A DNA stretch of 64,000 nt from Octopus sinensis (GCF_006345805.1 NC_042997.1:102734001-102798000), one strand, 5' to 3'; positions 25,113 through 38,760 are shown, counted from the stretch's first letter. Numbers and translations are program-made. Notes: generated from the sequence alone by a model not told the origin.

Positions 25113-28100
25113 TTTATTTATGTGTGCATATGTGTACGTTTAGATACATTTATTCCATGTTTAACGTTGTGTATAAGAAAGTGTAGCTGTGTGACAGTTT
25201 TGTCACATATACACACACACACACGGCTGCACACATATAGAAACACAAGCACATACACATCCTGGACGCTTTCCCCACTCATATACATACCATTTCGCAT
25301 TCACCTTTCCCTATTGAGACATGTGCAGTCATGTTTTCCTCACTCAGTCTGCAATCACTTGGATATCAAAATAATTTACAATTAAATCATTTGGTGGTGG
25401 AGGACTTCAGATCATTAAATATATAGCTTTTACTGTTTTTAACTTGTTTTGGCATTTATCTACCAACTCTGAACGCATAGAGACTCAAACTACCGTCTGA
25501 ATTTTGTACTGTTTTCAAATCTTTGAGGCTAGAAAGAAGAGAGAGAAGAGTATTTTGCCCGACTTGAAAGACTGACAAGTGTTTAAACTATATACCTTCG
25601 TTCCCTCGCGCATTTATGCTAATCGTTTTGCGCAGTGTCTCATTAATTAATGTTGTTGAAAACAAAAAGTTACGAACTGTTTTATGTGTACCCACTAACA
25701 TGCACACGCTCACATACGCATATGTACTTAAAAATACAACGACGCTTCGCTGACAAATTGCAATTACGCACGTATGCGTGTACATACACACTCTCGCATG
25801 CACACACATACACACCCATAAACCCACCCCCACCCACAGAGGCATGCACACATACACACGTATAGATTCCCATACTTGTCTAGGCTACTTTTCAATTTTT
25901 GTATTATTTTATATTATATTATGTTTTGCATTGTTGTAAAATTTTTTTTTTAAATGTCATTGAAACAGGCTCCCGTGGCTTTTATGGGTTTTTCCACGAG
26001 TAACCTTTCGAAGCGCCTCCCCTTATTGGGAGTTTTAATTGTTACTTATATTTCGTTGTTATCCTGCTTTTGTACACGGATTTTTTTCAAACGGACAAAA
26101 CCCTTTGTAACTTTCGTCCTGTGTTTTGTCCCTTTATATTTTAATTGATTTTTGTTAGCTCTTGTGGCCAATAAACGAATTAATTTCATCATCATCATCA
26201 TCATCATCATTATCATTATTATTATTATTATTAATATTATTCATTGTTTGAGACACACTCAAGAGGTTCCATTGTTACATAAAAATTTAAGAAACATAAT
26301 TGGGTACTTCTTGGAAAATATATGTGTAAGAATCTTAAAGATTAACAAATCCCGCGTGAGAATAGTCTAAGAGCACTGACAGAACCTAGCTTTCTTTTTA
26401 AAAGAAAATAAGTAACTTGTATATCTCCTTTCAGTTTACCAATTTACTCTTGGGAAACATTTCTTAAATGTCATATTTTAATTTCGTTTTTGTATTTGGG
26501 TTGCAGGATTCATGATGTGAACTTGCGCGTTGAAACATATTCTGTTGTATCTCGAATGAGTCATTATAGTAATCATAAATACACGCACTGCTTCTGTTTC
26601 ACTTCTTTTTTTCTTTGTCTGTTAGTTAACCATTTAACCTCGTGAATAATGACGAAAAGACGATCTAGCTGATTGATTGACCGAACGATTAATCAAACAA
26701 TTGATTAGTCAATTGGTTAAATAGTTAACCAATAGTCAAATAAAACTAAAATAAAGTGAAATAGAAACTGGTGTGTGTGCTTATGGTTGACATAATGACT
26801 CTCCCGAGATACAACAGAATAATATATTTAATTTTATAGCTAAGTTAGTCGAATTCTTTAGCTTTTCCCTTCACTTCTTCCCAGCAATATAATAATTTAA
26901 TTAGACCCTGTTAATTACTAAAATGCTGTTATCTTTTTCACCATGGACAGTGACGTCAAGCTAATGGCTATCTGCTAGTCTGCTTGTATGCTAACGTTCA
27001 ACAAGCTCTTTGTATCGTTGTCTTTTAGATATGCATCGGTCTGTCACAGATCATTTTTCTTCAAAGTTTATATTGAGTAATTTTGCTAAATATTACTAAA
27101 TATATTTGATGGGAATTAGCTAATGTTGGCCATACTGATAGAATGTGATATATTATTTCAGAAAATAACCCCTTAAAGTGAAACTGGTCTATATTATAAG
27201 AATTATTGATATTTCCCTCGACGTTCCTCGTTTAGATGACGTCTTCCTGTATGGCAAATGTTTTTGTTGCTCCATTCAGATTGGATTTGTATACCTTAGC
27301 CAGAGTCGCTTAAAAAAGAATTATGTGTGGGACAATCGCTTTACACATATGGGAGTAACCCTGATGATTGTTCATCCTAGGGAGCATATGTATCAGTAAT
27401 ATATTCTCCTCCCCCCCTTTTCTTGCTTTTGTCTTAGCTTTAGTTGTTAGCTGTTCGAAATCTAACCAGATTTATTTAGAGAATTTTTTTAAATATGATA
27501 ATTAAGTGCTACCTTTCGTGCGAGCTTAATCAGCAAGGGTTACAGAGTAAGCTTTCAGGTTGCAGACAACAGCGATACCTATCACTTTAAACAGCTCCTT
27601 GAAACTCAATAATCTGCAACCACCTTTTATTGAGATATAGTAATGTCCAGTCACTGAATGTTAGATCTATTACGTAATATGTGCTTATGTGATATTTAAA
27701 AGGCGATTCCTTGTACCATGGTGTTATAGCGGTGATTCGAAACCGAATCCCTAGATACACGATCAGTCATCACGAGCAAGCCACCATAGTTTCACGTGAT
27801 CGGTCTATTATTTTACTAGCCAGACGACTCAGGAAGACTGCTAAGATAGATGACGTAGATAGATGATCAGGAACCTCCGTCGCCACCAAATAACAATTGT
27901 TTTCAAATACGTTGGATAAGCCGCATGTAGCCGTATTAATAGCTTGCCGTATACTCAGAACAGTATATCTCTCCCAATATGTATTATCTTGTAAAACATT
28001 CACCGGCGTTAATGTTTTTCGTCCTCAAATCAAGGGAACGAGTTAAATGTCGACCGAAACAACAACAGCAACAATTGCAAAGGAAGCAAAAAAAAAGAAA

Positions 28101-29973
28101 GAAAATTTTGAAAGGCTATCTCCGCTGTGACCGTCACCACCACCTCAACAGGCGAAATTTTTCTACTAGTGCAAATAAATAACATCAAAGCAACCACCAG
28201 CAATAACACGAAGACAGGCATTTCGATATGCAGCGCAGGTGCAAGTAACAACACACAGCCAAACAGCTGCAAAAGGCATTTCTTTTGGAAAGCGCTACAA
28301 AAAATATCGAAAAATTCGATCCTAAACCAAGACAATTTAAAATGATCAGACAAGTTGTAAAAAAGAAAAAAGAAGACAGGTAATTCTAAACTTTCCAGCC
28401 AACGTGATAAAAAAAAACACACACACACACACACAAAGATGCATATACCTCTCCATCATCAATACATCGAAACAAAATTGCGAGGAGTGGAAAATGCAAA
28501 TGAGGCTCAAATACAAATGTCCCTAGGGCGTATGTAGGAAAGTAAAACCCATATCGAACGAGGTAAAAATGAACAAAAGAAAACATGGTACAGTTGAAGT
28601 GAGATCCAAAACAGAAGCAAAAGCAAGATTCCTTTTCACATCATCAAAAAACAAGGAACTCTGCTTAATACTAACATATCGCGGCCAGCGCCTGGCAAAA
28701 ATGAGAATTATAAACGTACCGCCAGAAATAACAATCACCTAGTTGGTGGCGGCCGTCTTGGCCGATACAAAGGATGATGTAACAACCCCGGAGGTCAATA
28801 AAAAACAAAGCAAAACTGATAAGGGATATGTATGGAACTAATTATACAAATAAATCCCCAAAACATACCTGACCTGATCAACCTCCCAGATACAACCATC
28901 TGTTTGTGACAGTGGAAAAGAGAAAGCCTGTATCACATATGCAGAACTATGATCCATTTAAAAGCTCTTTTCCTCCAAAGAGTTACAAAGGAAACAAGAC
29001 ATTCACTTTTACCAATGTCACAAATACATCGCCAACAATCCCATACAGTGGAGAAACTCTCTAGCAGTAACAGTCACAGAAACTCCAACAACAGCAACGA
29101 GGCTCCAAATACAACATCAACAACATCAGTGGCAGGAACATCAACAACACGAAGACACCCATCTTCTACAAAAACTACGACACTGCCAACAGGAACAATT
29201 TTAACAACCCCCGCCTAATACCACAGGACATGCCCCTCTTCACTTCGGATCATTTTGGCATGTCGTGTTATAAAGATGACCAGAAAGAAGAATGGAAAAC
29301 TGTCCCGATATGAAGAGAAAGGGAAAGAATATAAGATATAAACTTGTCCATACACACAGACACAAAAACTTACTGGAGAAAACTAAAAGCAACATGTCCT
29401 ACAACAATATCAACATCAATTTCACTACGAGCACCATCATCATCACCAGAGACACTACAATCACCACAAACGACACAAATAACAAACAAAAAACCACAAA
29501 TGCAACGCAATTCACACTCATAACAACCAGAACAACACTCGCAGATTGAATAAAACTTCGACCACAGACACAAGTAATAATAAAAAAAGTTTAATAGAAT
29601 GTATACACCAATAAACAAACGTTACGAGCAATGGTTAAAAGTTATAACATGCCAACTTACTCTCAAATTCAAGAAACATAGAACAGAGTGAAGACAAACT
29701 ATCCTGATGAACCAAACCTTTTCTTTTACCATACAACCATGGTATGGTTCGTAGTCGCTCGATATTTTGTACACATTTGGTGTGGTGTACTAGAAGACTT
29801 GTGAGGAAAGAAAAGGTCTACAATACATGTCAACCTAACTGCAAATTGACGAAATTTACTTGTGGACTTGGTTAGCTAGGAGTTGTATTATTTGGTCTGG
29901 TTGCATACTGCTCCACTTCCAAAAATCCAATCACAATGTTCAGATTTTATTAATATGTTTATTTACAAATTGA

Positions 29974-30389
29974 GGATCTTTTCGGTTTGAACGGCAGTTT
30001 TTTTCCAGCGGTGTCATATAAATTGTCACCCATAATTATGACCCTAGTATCGATCTTTTGCATTTCAATCTGTTTTAGGGTTAGGGGTGGGGGAAAGGGT
30101 ATCTTTTTTTTCTTCACAAATGTAAATAAACCCAATCTGTTTCTTAAACGAGGGACATATTCATACGGCACAGAATGTTTTTTTTTACCCCAATAGACGT
30201 AAATGATTGGTTGAAATTGCAGAAATTGAAGAATAAAAACAACAAATATCTTACAAACCATAGAATTTTCTCTATAAAGCCAAGAGAAAAAGATGTTTTA
30301 TAAACACATTCTACCAGTATACGAAGTTTAAAATTTTTTTAGTTACCTAGAAATTATGTTAAAAACTGCCGTTCAAACCGAAAAGATCC
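29974..30389. mobile_element. Merlin-type MITE
   Basis: TIR GGATCTTTTCGGTTTGAACGGCAGTTTTT (29 bp). Perfect 8-bp TSD CAAATTGA at 29966-29973 and 30390-30397. GG...CC termini. Confidence 0.88.
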
Positions 30390-31079
30390 CAAATTGATGT
30401 TACAATTGTTACTTTATATAAACTGTTATACCAAATACCGGTAGTTACTGTGCGATTTATGAAAATGTGTTCGTGCTTGGCGAGAAGAGAAAAGGCTATG
30501 CTTAGCGAAAGGAGAAAATGTTAGTCTTTAGTGCTTGGTGAAATGTGAGAATGTATGCTTAGCAAGAGGAGATCTTGTAACACACGATATCAGGGAGGCT
30601 TGACTGCCGGCTGACCAAGAAAACCGTTGCGGTCCTCTGTAGTTGTATATACCGCGCATCTCAATGTCTAACCATGATTTGGTGCGAAACTGCATGGAAT
30701 TTTCCGTTTGACTACGTCATCATTCAAATACAACCAAAAAAACGATTAGCGGTAAAATAGGATAAGATCAGCTGATATGCTGTGACCTACGTTCGTTATT
30801 GGGCTGGCAAGGTTTCGAATGTTACACACCTAGCGCGTGGATGACTATGGTTGGGAATGCTGTCCAGTTGGTGAAAACGACTCAGTAATTTTTATTTATT
30901 AATTATTTTTTGTGTGTGAAAGTCAACTGTTATTAAAGTGTTTTCTTGGTTTGGTATCTTTATGAATTGCCAAAGAATGCAAATTGGACAAAACAAAGAC
31001 AGTTTCAGTTACAGATTACTGTATGTTCATGACGGGCGTATGATACCATTGAACTATCCAGCTGTAAACTCAGATGATT

Positions 31080-31400
31080 ATTTCAAAGTGGTAATAGGCG
31101 AAACGAAATATTCCCTCAGAAATAATGCTATAGGTAGAAAAACAAACAAAAAAAATTCCCGAAGTGGATATTTGGAGCTATTATGGTTTCAAGAAGATTC
31201 AAAGAAATTTTTCTTTTGAAGAAATAGCAAGACAAATCCACAGTTCAGATAAAATTGCAAGTGGATCAGTTATATTCTTTGACAATTGGCGTTCATATGG
31301 ATACTCTTTTGTGAACTTCAGTTCACAAAAGCGTTTAATCTTGCTAACTGACACCACACACACACACATATACACACACAAATATTGAGTCCTTTTTTAC
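31080..31400 (+). pseudogene. Merlin/IS1595-like DDE transposase relic
   Basis: VVIGETKY...GRK, IASGSVIFFDNWRSY, GYSFVNFS and HTNIES resemble the IS1595-family motifs V.IDES.K..GR, I.PGS.I.SD.W..Y, VNHS and HTQ.IE. Confidence 0.55.
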
Positions 31401-32307
31401 TCATACAAACCAAAATTGGAGGGGGAATAAATGGTACAGCTGAAGTACTTTTCAATAGTTACTTGAAATAATTTTAATGGAAATAGCACAATAACAGGTA
31501 TGTGCATGATGATGATAGAATATTTGAAAATGATTATGAACATGTTCTGTAATTATTTATTTCGTATATTTGGTTTACCATGGTATAAAATTATTTTATA
31601 AATTATGATTGCCGAGCATTGACATAAAATTTCTTTCCTTAAAAAAAAAAAAAAAAATTACAGTTCCTTCATTATTTTGTAAATTCTTGCTGCAAGAGAT
31701 CATTATTATTATTTTAATAATTTGCTTACGAAAGTTAGTTTTCGAAATTGAAAAAAGGAGGAAAAAATATCTTCCTTCAGATATTTGAACACATAAAAGA
31801 AAAAATTGAAAAACTGGATTATTTTACTTCTATGCAGTCGGTCAGCTGTCTGGAAACCAACGCCAAATCTCTCTTTTATCGTACCATCCCATATTATTAA
31901 CCACACAAAAAATAACTACAAAATTCGAAACAATCTGATATAATCCCACATTCACATCTTAAACAATAATAACAGCTCCAACAACAACAACACACACAAA
32001 TATTAAATTGCACCAAAAATAAAAAAAAAATATCCTCAGTGACATAAACTTGCCGCAGCACAGCATCTCACACAGAAACACACACACACATACATAAAAG
32101 AAATGAAACAAATTTTCTGAGATTGACGAACAAATAACTAAATTAAAAAAAAAAGTGCAAGTGGCACGTTAAACTCAAAGATCGCTTCACATTATTTTAT
32201 TTTGTTTTGTTTTGTTTCAGATAACGATGTGAAATTTAAGCGATTTGTATCGGAATTACATAAGTTATTAACTGCGGTGTGAAATAGGTTCAGTGCGAGA
32301 CTGTAAT

Positions 32308-32351
32308 ATGGAGGACCAAGCGTATGCAATTTGCGGTGAGAACAGTGAAAG
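32308..32351 (+). CDS. RNF25: RNF25 E3 ubiquitin ligase, coding exon 1 (MEDQAYAICGENSE)
   Basis: ATG at 32308 and donor AG|GTAAAT at 32352. The 44 nt leave phase 2, which matches exon 2. Lies in CpG-retaining sequence. Sequence similarity alone is weak; the call rests on phase and position. Confidence 0.7.
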
Positions 32352-32694
32352 GTAAATAAATGGTTTTATTACTTTAATGATGTCGAAAAAAATTGTATTA
32401 TCGAGATATTTAAACGATAGTTCAATGTTGTAACTAATATTTTTACAGAAATATTATTTATCTGTTCTATTATTAGAGTAGCTTCGTTTTGCTGGCTGGT
32501 TACGTCACCTACAAGTCGGCTACATTTTTTTTTTCAGTCAGTACATTGACAGCAAAAGCTTCGGCTTATAGTATAAAGATCTACATACAGTTTAATGTTG
32601 TCGGATGTACCTTCCTATCAGCTGTTTATTGACTTGCGATTCTTCTACAATTTCATTTCAACCTCTCGTTTCTAAATTGCTGCTAAGCGTAATA

Positions 32695-32750
<56 letters not shown>

Positions 32751-32763
32751 GTCTAATATATAT

Positions 32764-32814
<51 letters not shown>

Positions 32815-32816
<2 letters not shown>

Positions 32817-32827
32817 TAAGCGTAACA

Positions 32828-32871
<44 letters not shown>

Positions 32872-32882
32872 TAAGCGTAACA

Positions 32883-32919
<37 letters not shown>

Positions 32920-33033
32920 GGTAAGCGTAACAGTATATAATATATATATATATATATATAATATAATATATATATATATGGTAAGCGTAACAGTATATAT
33001 ATATATATATATATATATATGGTAAGCGTACAG

Positions 33034-33064
<31 letters not shown>

Positions 33065-33194
33065 TAAGCGTAACAGTATATATATATATATATATATAAT
33101 ATATATATGGTAAGCGTAACAGTATATATATATATATATATATATATGGTAAGCGTAACAGTATATATATATATATATATATAATGGTAAGCGT

Positions 33195-33233
<39 letters not shown>

Positions 33234-33309
33234 TAAGCGTAACAGTATATATATATATTGGTAAGCGTAACAGTATATATATATATATATATATATGGTA
33301 AGCGTAACA

Positions 33310-33345
<36 letters not shown>

Positions 33346-33721
33346 TAAGCGTAACAGTATATATATATGGTAAGCGTAACAGTATATATATGGTAAGCGT
33401 AACAGTATATATATATGGTAAGCGTAACAGTATATATATATGGTAAGCGTAACAGTATATATATATGGTAAGCGTAACAGTATATATATATGGTAAGCGT
33501 AACAGTATATATATATATGGTAACGTAACAGTATATATATATAAAATGTCATAATCGTTATGATATATATAAATGTTGCAAGAAATATACAATATATATA
33601 AACATAGTTTACGTATTGCAAAACACCTGCTGTGAAACTCAATTCATGGCTAGAGTGAATATAGATAGATAAAAAAATGATCTGCTATTATATATATATA
33701 TATTATATGGTAAGCGTAACA

Positions 33722-33763
<42 letters not shown>

Positions 33764-33773
33764 TAGCGTAACA

Positions 33774-33817
<44 letters not shown>

Positions 33818-33914
33818 TAAGCGTAACAGTATATATATATATAGATATATATATATGGTAGCGTAACAGTATATATATAGATATATATATATATATATAT
33901 GGTAAGCGTAACAG

Positions 33915-33945
<31 letters not shown>

Positions 33946-34146
33946 TAAGCGTAACAGTATATATATATTATATATATATATATGTAAGCGTAACAGTATA
34001 TATATATATATATATATATATGGTAAGCGTAACAGTATATATATATATATATATATATATCTATATATGGTAAGCGTAACAGTATATATATATGGTAAGC
34101 GTAACAGTATATATATATTATATATATAATATGGTAAGCGTAACAG

Positions 34147-34177
<31 letters not shown>

Positions 34178-34520
34178 TAAGCGTAACAGTATATATATAT
34201 GGTAAGCGTAACAGTATATATATATGGTAAGCGTAACAGTATATATATGGTAAGGTAACAGTATATATATATGGTAAGCGTAACATATATATATATGGTA
34301 AGCGTAACAGTATATATATATGGTAAGCGTAACAGTATATATATATATGGTAAACGTAACAGTATATATATATAAAATGTCATAATCGTTATGATATATA
34401 TAAATGTTGCAAGAAATATACAATATATATAAACATAGTTTACGTATTGCAAAACACCTGCTGTGAAACTCAATTCATGGCTAGAGTGAATATAGATAGA
34501 TAAAAAAATGATCTGCTATT
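32815..34520 (+). repeat. Compound array of GGTAAGCGTAACAGT + (AT)n, about 39 units in two 831-bp higher-order blocks
   Basis: About 20 units at 32815-33532 and about 19 at 33709-34363. Each block is followed by the same ~146-bp tail (33543 and 34374). Confidence 0.95.
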
Positions 34521-36134
34521 ATATATATATATATATATGGTGTGTCTACAGATGTAGGTTACATTTTTGTATGCGGACTTCTATGGAAGCTAAGTTTTCC
34601 CTTTGCCACGTAACTGCAGTTTCAGAAATGCTTATCTTGTAATTAACAGAGGTTATTACCGAGAATGTGGCAGAAAGTAACCCTCGAAGTCGAATCAGAG
34701 CACGTAACGATAAATCTGTAGAAGTATAGGGCGGTAGAATGGACCACAAGGGAACCTCTTTGTGAATTCCATCTGTCAGAAATAATAGCCACATCACCCT
34801 TCAATATTTATTTTAATAATAACTGATGCATTGAAACAGTCCGAAATGTTCCCTAAACATACGAGTGTCACATTTGGAACGCTTTTGATAATTCCGCTCA
34901 GTCAGTTTTGACATGAGGCTATAAACAACTAGTATTCCACGATTCAGCCAAGGAATATCTTCGTGGTCTTTCGACTTGGTAGAAATAACTGCCGACTTTC
35001 CCTCAAATAACTCTACAGACAGAAGAGAGAGGGGGGGGGCGTAACGTTGATAACGCCTTTGGTTGTAGGTCCTCTCGATCAGGGCTGACATGGGATGAGG
35101 TTAAACAACTTATTTTATTTACTTCAGAAGGAAGGGATGGAATGCCAACTTTGACAGGAGTTTTACCGATTCTTCTATCAAATGACTATAAAATAATAAT
35201 TTTTGACATTGACACAGAGCCATGCATTGTAGTGAGATTTAGATAACTCAGTCGACCCCAGCAAATTCTTTCCCGGGTCGCTCAATTTGCTTGAAATAGC
35301 AGCTAAAGCCCTAAATCATTCCCGATCGCCATAAAAATGGACACTGTTGATAGGGATAGAATATTTTTGGGCATAGGTCTGCTCCACTAGGGCTAACCTG
35401 CGGTTAAACAACAACAGTGCTTTAGTTTCCTGATTAGAATTTCACATATGTATTAAAGTAAATAAATAAAATCCCTCACTGTCATTTTTAGGTATATTTA
35501 ACGTCTGACTTGAAGAAAAAAGAAAGATTTTTCTTTCGTAAGTCGTTTTAATACAGCAAAATTATTACGTTTAAAAAATTTTTTAATATTTATTTTCCTT
35601 CCAAATTTCCAACTGGATTTTCTTTTAAATTCTAAAACAATTTCCCAGTTGAGTTTTTGTACATACAAACGAACGAACAAACAAACAAAAAAATAAAGGC
35701 GGAATAATTCAGCTGTGTTCTTTCTCGACGCTCAAACATTTTTAGCTTCCAGCTTGAAATGTCGGCTGATGACTACTATTGAGAAATATTGGTCTTGAAT
35801 ATTTCGATATTTTATTTATGGCTGCTTGTTGACAAGGTTGTTAATAAAACCGGTCGATCTTGAAAAAATTAAATAATTAATCCTTTGCAACTTTGAAATT
35901 TTTTCATCTTAACGTTCAAAAGTGAGAATGTACATACTCACTCGGACATACAAGTCTCTCATTTTCTCTCTGAAGTAATTTTGTGTTCGTATGAGTATTT
36001 ATAATCGTCATCGTATATCTGCGTTTCCCATACCAGTATGGATTGTACTGGTTGTCACGCTGAGTCGATTCTTATTTGGAGTTAACTGCCCCTCCTGTTT
36101 GGGTCAGGGACAAGAGCTTGTTTGTACGTTTCAG

Positions 36135-36166
<32 letters not shown>

Positions 36167-36192
36167 CACACACACACCACACACACACACAC

Positions 36193-36249
<57 letters not shown>

Positions 36250-36608
36250 TTTATTTCCTGTCTCTCGAAGTTTCCAATTTTTTACGACGTAAACAACACA
36301 TTCGCACAAACATTCTAATAATAATAATAATGATGGTTTCTGATTTAGGTACTATTGGGGATGGAAGTTAGTATATACCATTAGTCCTAGTTCTTGACAG
36401 GTACTATATTTTATCGACCACCACCCCCGCAAAGATAAAGGTAATGTTAATCTCAGTAGAATTTGAACACAAGATCAGGAATGCTTTATTGTAGTTCATC
36501 TGATGCTCTAACGATTTTACCAATCTACCATCTTTATTAATAATAATTCGTGTGTGTATGTGTATATATATGTATATGCTTATATATATATTTATATATA
36601 TTTATATA

Positions 36609-36659
<51 letters not shown>

Positions 36660-37479
36660 GATCATTTAAGATTTTATTTTCCATGCTAGCATGGGTTGGA
36701 CAGTTTGACAGAAACTGGTGAGGCAGAGGACTGTGCCAAGCTCAACTATATGCTTTCACAGAGTGTCTATGGCTGGATGCCCTGTTTATCATCAACCATT
36801 TTATAGAGACACAGTAGTTTTCTATTTGGCTAGCTATCAAACTGTCCAACCCATGCCGACATGGAAGATGGACATTAAATGATGATGATGATGAATGCTT
36901 TTAATGTGATGGATATTTTTATTTTTATCTAGAAGTGATAACCATATTCAGTATTACTTATGTCTAGCCAGGTAAAACTGCTCATGTTCCATTATGGCAT
37001 GTATAGCTAGTTGCCATTACCTCAACCCATGAATATACTGCAAGTTGGTCTACTTTACAGTTAGATATTTATATACTCCTAACAAATGACATATCTCCTG
37101 GAAAATCCTTCACTCATACTTTTATAGTTAGCAGTGTACTTCTATAACAGCATAATGGGTGGGAGTGGGGTCATGAGCAAGTGGCCCAACTTGCAATGTA
37201 ATGTCTTAGAAAATTCTGCATGGTGGAGACATGGTTCCCCATACAGCAGGGATGGCAGCCTGTGTTATGGAACAATAATCTTTAGTAAAAACTGGCAAAG
37301 TGTTGAGGGGACACTGGCTGATGACTTTCCTAATATTGGTGGTGCAATAAAATGCATCTAGTTCATACTGTAAAATGGATGGTGATAGAGAGAGCATTCA
37401 GCTAATATAAAAAAAAAAAACTTGATAAAGCTGTCATAGGTATAAAAATAATCAAAACCCCTAATTTTGCATGTAGGAC

Positions 37480-38760
37480 TTACCATGCTAGTGCTGTGAA
37501 CAGTTACTGGAGTACTCAAGGGTGTAACATTTGACCATGTTTGAGAACCCCCTCAACTACTTGTGAAATAGTTGCACAGACCTTTCTTTTTAGATGGTAA
37601 AAACACACTGAACAATAATCTACTCACCAACAGAAACTCATGTCTTGTCTTGTGCAAACAGGACTACAATCATCAGTGCTGGTAATGATGAATAGTGGAT
37701 AGAGCTGGAGAGATTCTAGTGATGTTAGAACAGAGATGAAGGGATGTGTACTGTGTGCAAGAGATTAGATGGTGGTGTGCCTCATCTAAATTCCTTCTGA
37801 TATGAATTCCACACAAAACTTGACTAATTGTGCAAACAATGTATTTCTTTCTGATGACTGCAGCATTAGTTTTTCATTTCAATAAAATGGTAAATTTAGT
37901 GGGGTTTTTTAATGTTATGAGATGATAATGATTGAGTTTGCATTTCCTGTGGACCTGTGAGGATGTAACATCTGGCTCATACTCTCAAAGTTTTAGTGTG
38001 TATTTTGAACTGACTGTGGCACATTAAGTTCAGACATAGCTAGCTTCTTTACATGGTGAGATCTCCATCATTGGTATTGGAAAGGGCATGATGTTTAACA
38101 TGACAGATTAAAAGTTTATTTCAGATTAGATTAGTTGCCATGTGACCACCATAACCCTACATATTTCGTCAATGAGTTTCATTTTTTGAATTTCAGTTTG
38201 CAAATTCCGTGATTCTATCATATTGCATATAAAAAGTTGTTCTGTTTTCAAAAAACAGTGGATCCATATGCATCATCCTTAGTAACCAATCATAAAATCG
38301 ATCCTTTTTTGGAATTATTCCATTGTCAGGTTGTATGTATGGGCCATGATGGAATCACTATTCTATGTGATTTCCTCACATGTTCCTGTTTCATTGGGTT
38401 TCCTGCTCTGTTTAAGTCAATTGAAAGTAATAAATTTTGAACAATCATATCATTCCTATGTAATTTTCTGTTAATATTTAGATGAAACCTGGAGAAAATA
38501 GCAGCTGAATTACAACCAGTACATGTGTTTCTCTTCAAATTCACCATACGATATGTGCTTGACAACATCATGCCAATTTAATTCTTCTTTTGGGAAGTCT
38601 GCATCGCAAATTCCCAACAGTACTCTTATATGCTTGGGGCAAATTTCCAATAGCTCCCTATAATCCAGATGAAGAGGTGTGCATGAATATGTATCACAGT
38701 TGCTAGAAGTTGGCATACATGCAGAGTTTTCACAACACCTTCCTAGAACTTGTCATTTGT
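37480..38760 (-). pseudogene. Probable heavily decayed Helitron Rep domain
   Basis: Frameshifted minus-strand fragments occur in Rep order: TCTGCNS (TFTCNP), RNDMIV (RPDIV), FYD-LVTK-MMH (LY..V.K.MIHGPC), GYGGHMAT (DGGH) and CATVSSKYTLK (C.SVKSIKY..KY). Confidence 0.4.

Noticed and set aside
28000-29720. Named snoRNA, miRNA or snRNA genes
   Set aside because: No properly spaced C/D box pair, no recognisable mature miRNA and no full pre-miRNA hairpin were found by eye. Kept only as an unclassified candidate region.
30074-30090. TTAGGGTTAGGG as telomere or telomerase RNA template
   Set aside because: Only two units, located inside a TIR/TSD-bounded MITE.
32815-34363. CRISPR-like array (constant repeat with variable spacers and a degenerate last repeat)
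   Set aside because: Spacers are only (AT)n, the repeat is about 15 nt, there are no cas genes, and the context is a eukaryotic intron.
32737-34473. Long ORFs of 215-301 aa rich in I/Y
   Set aside because: They are translations of the (AT)n compound repeat. The same applies to all poly-IY, poly-HT, poly-VC and poly-ER ORFs in the track.
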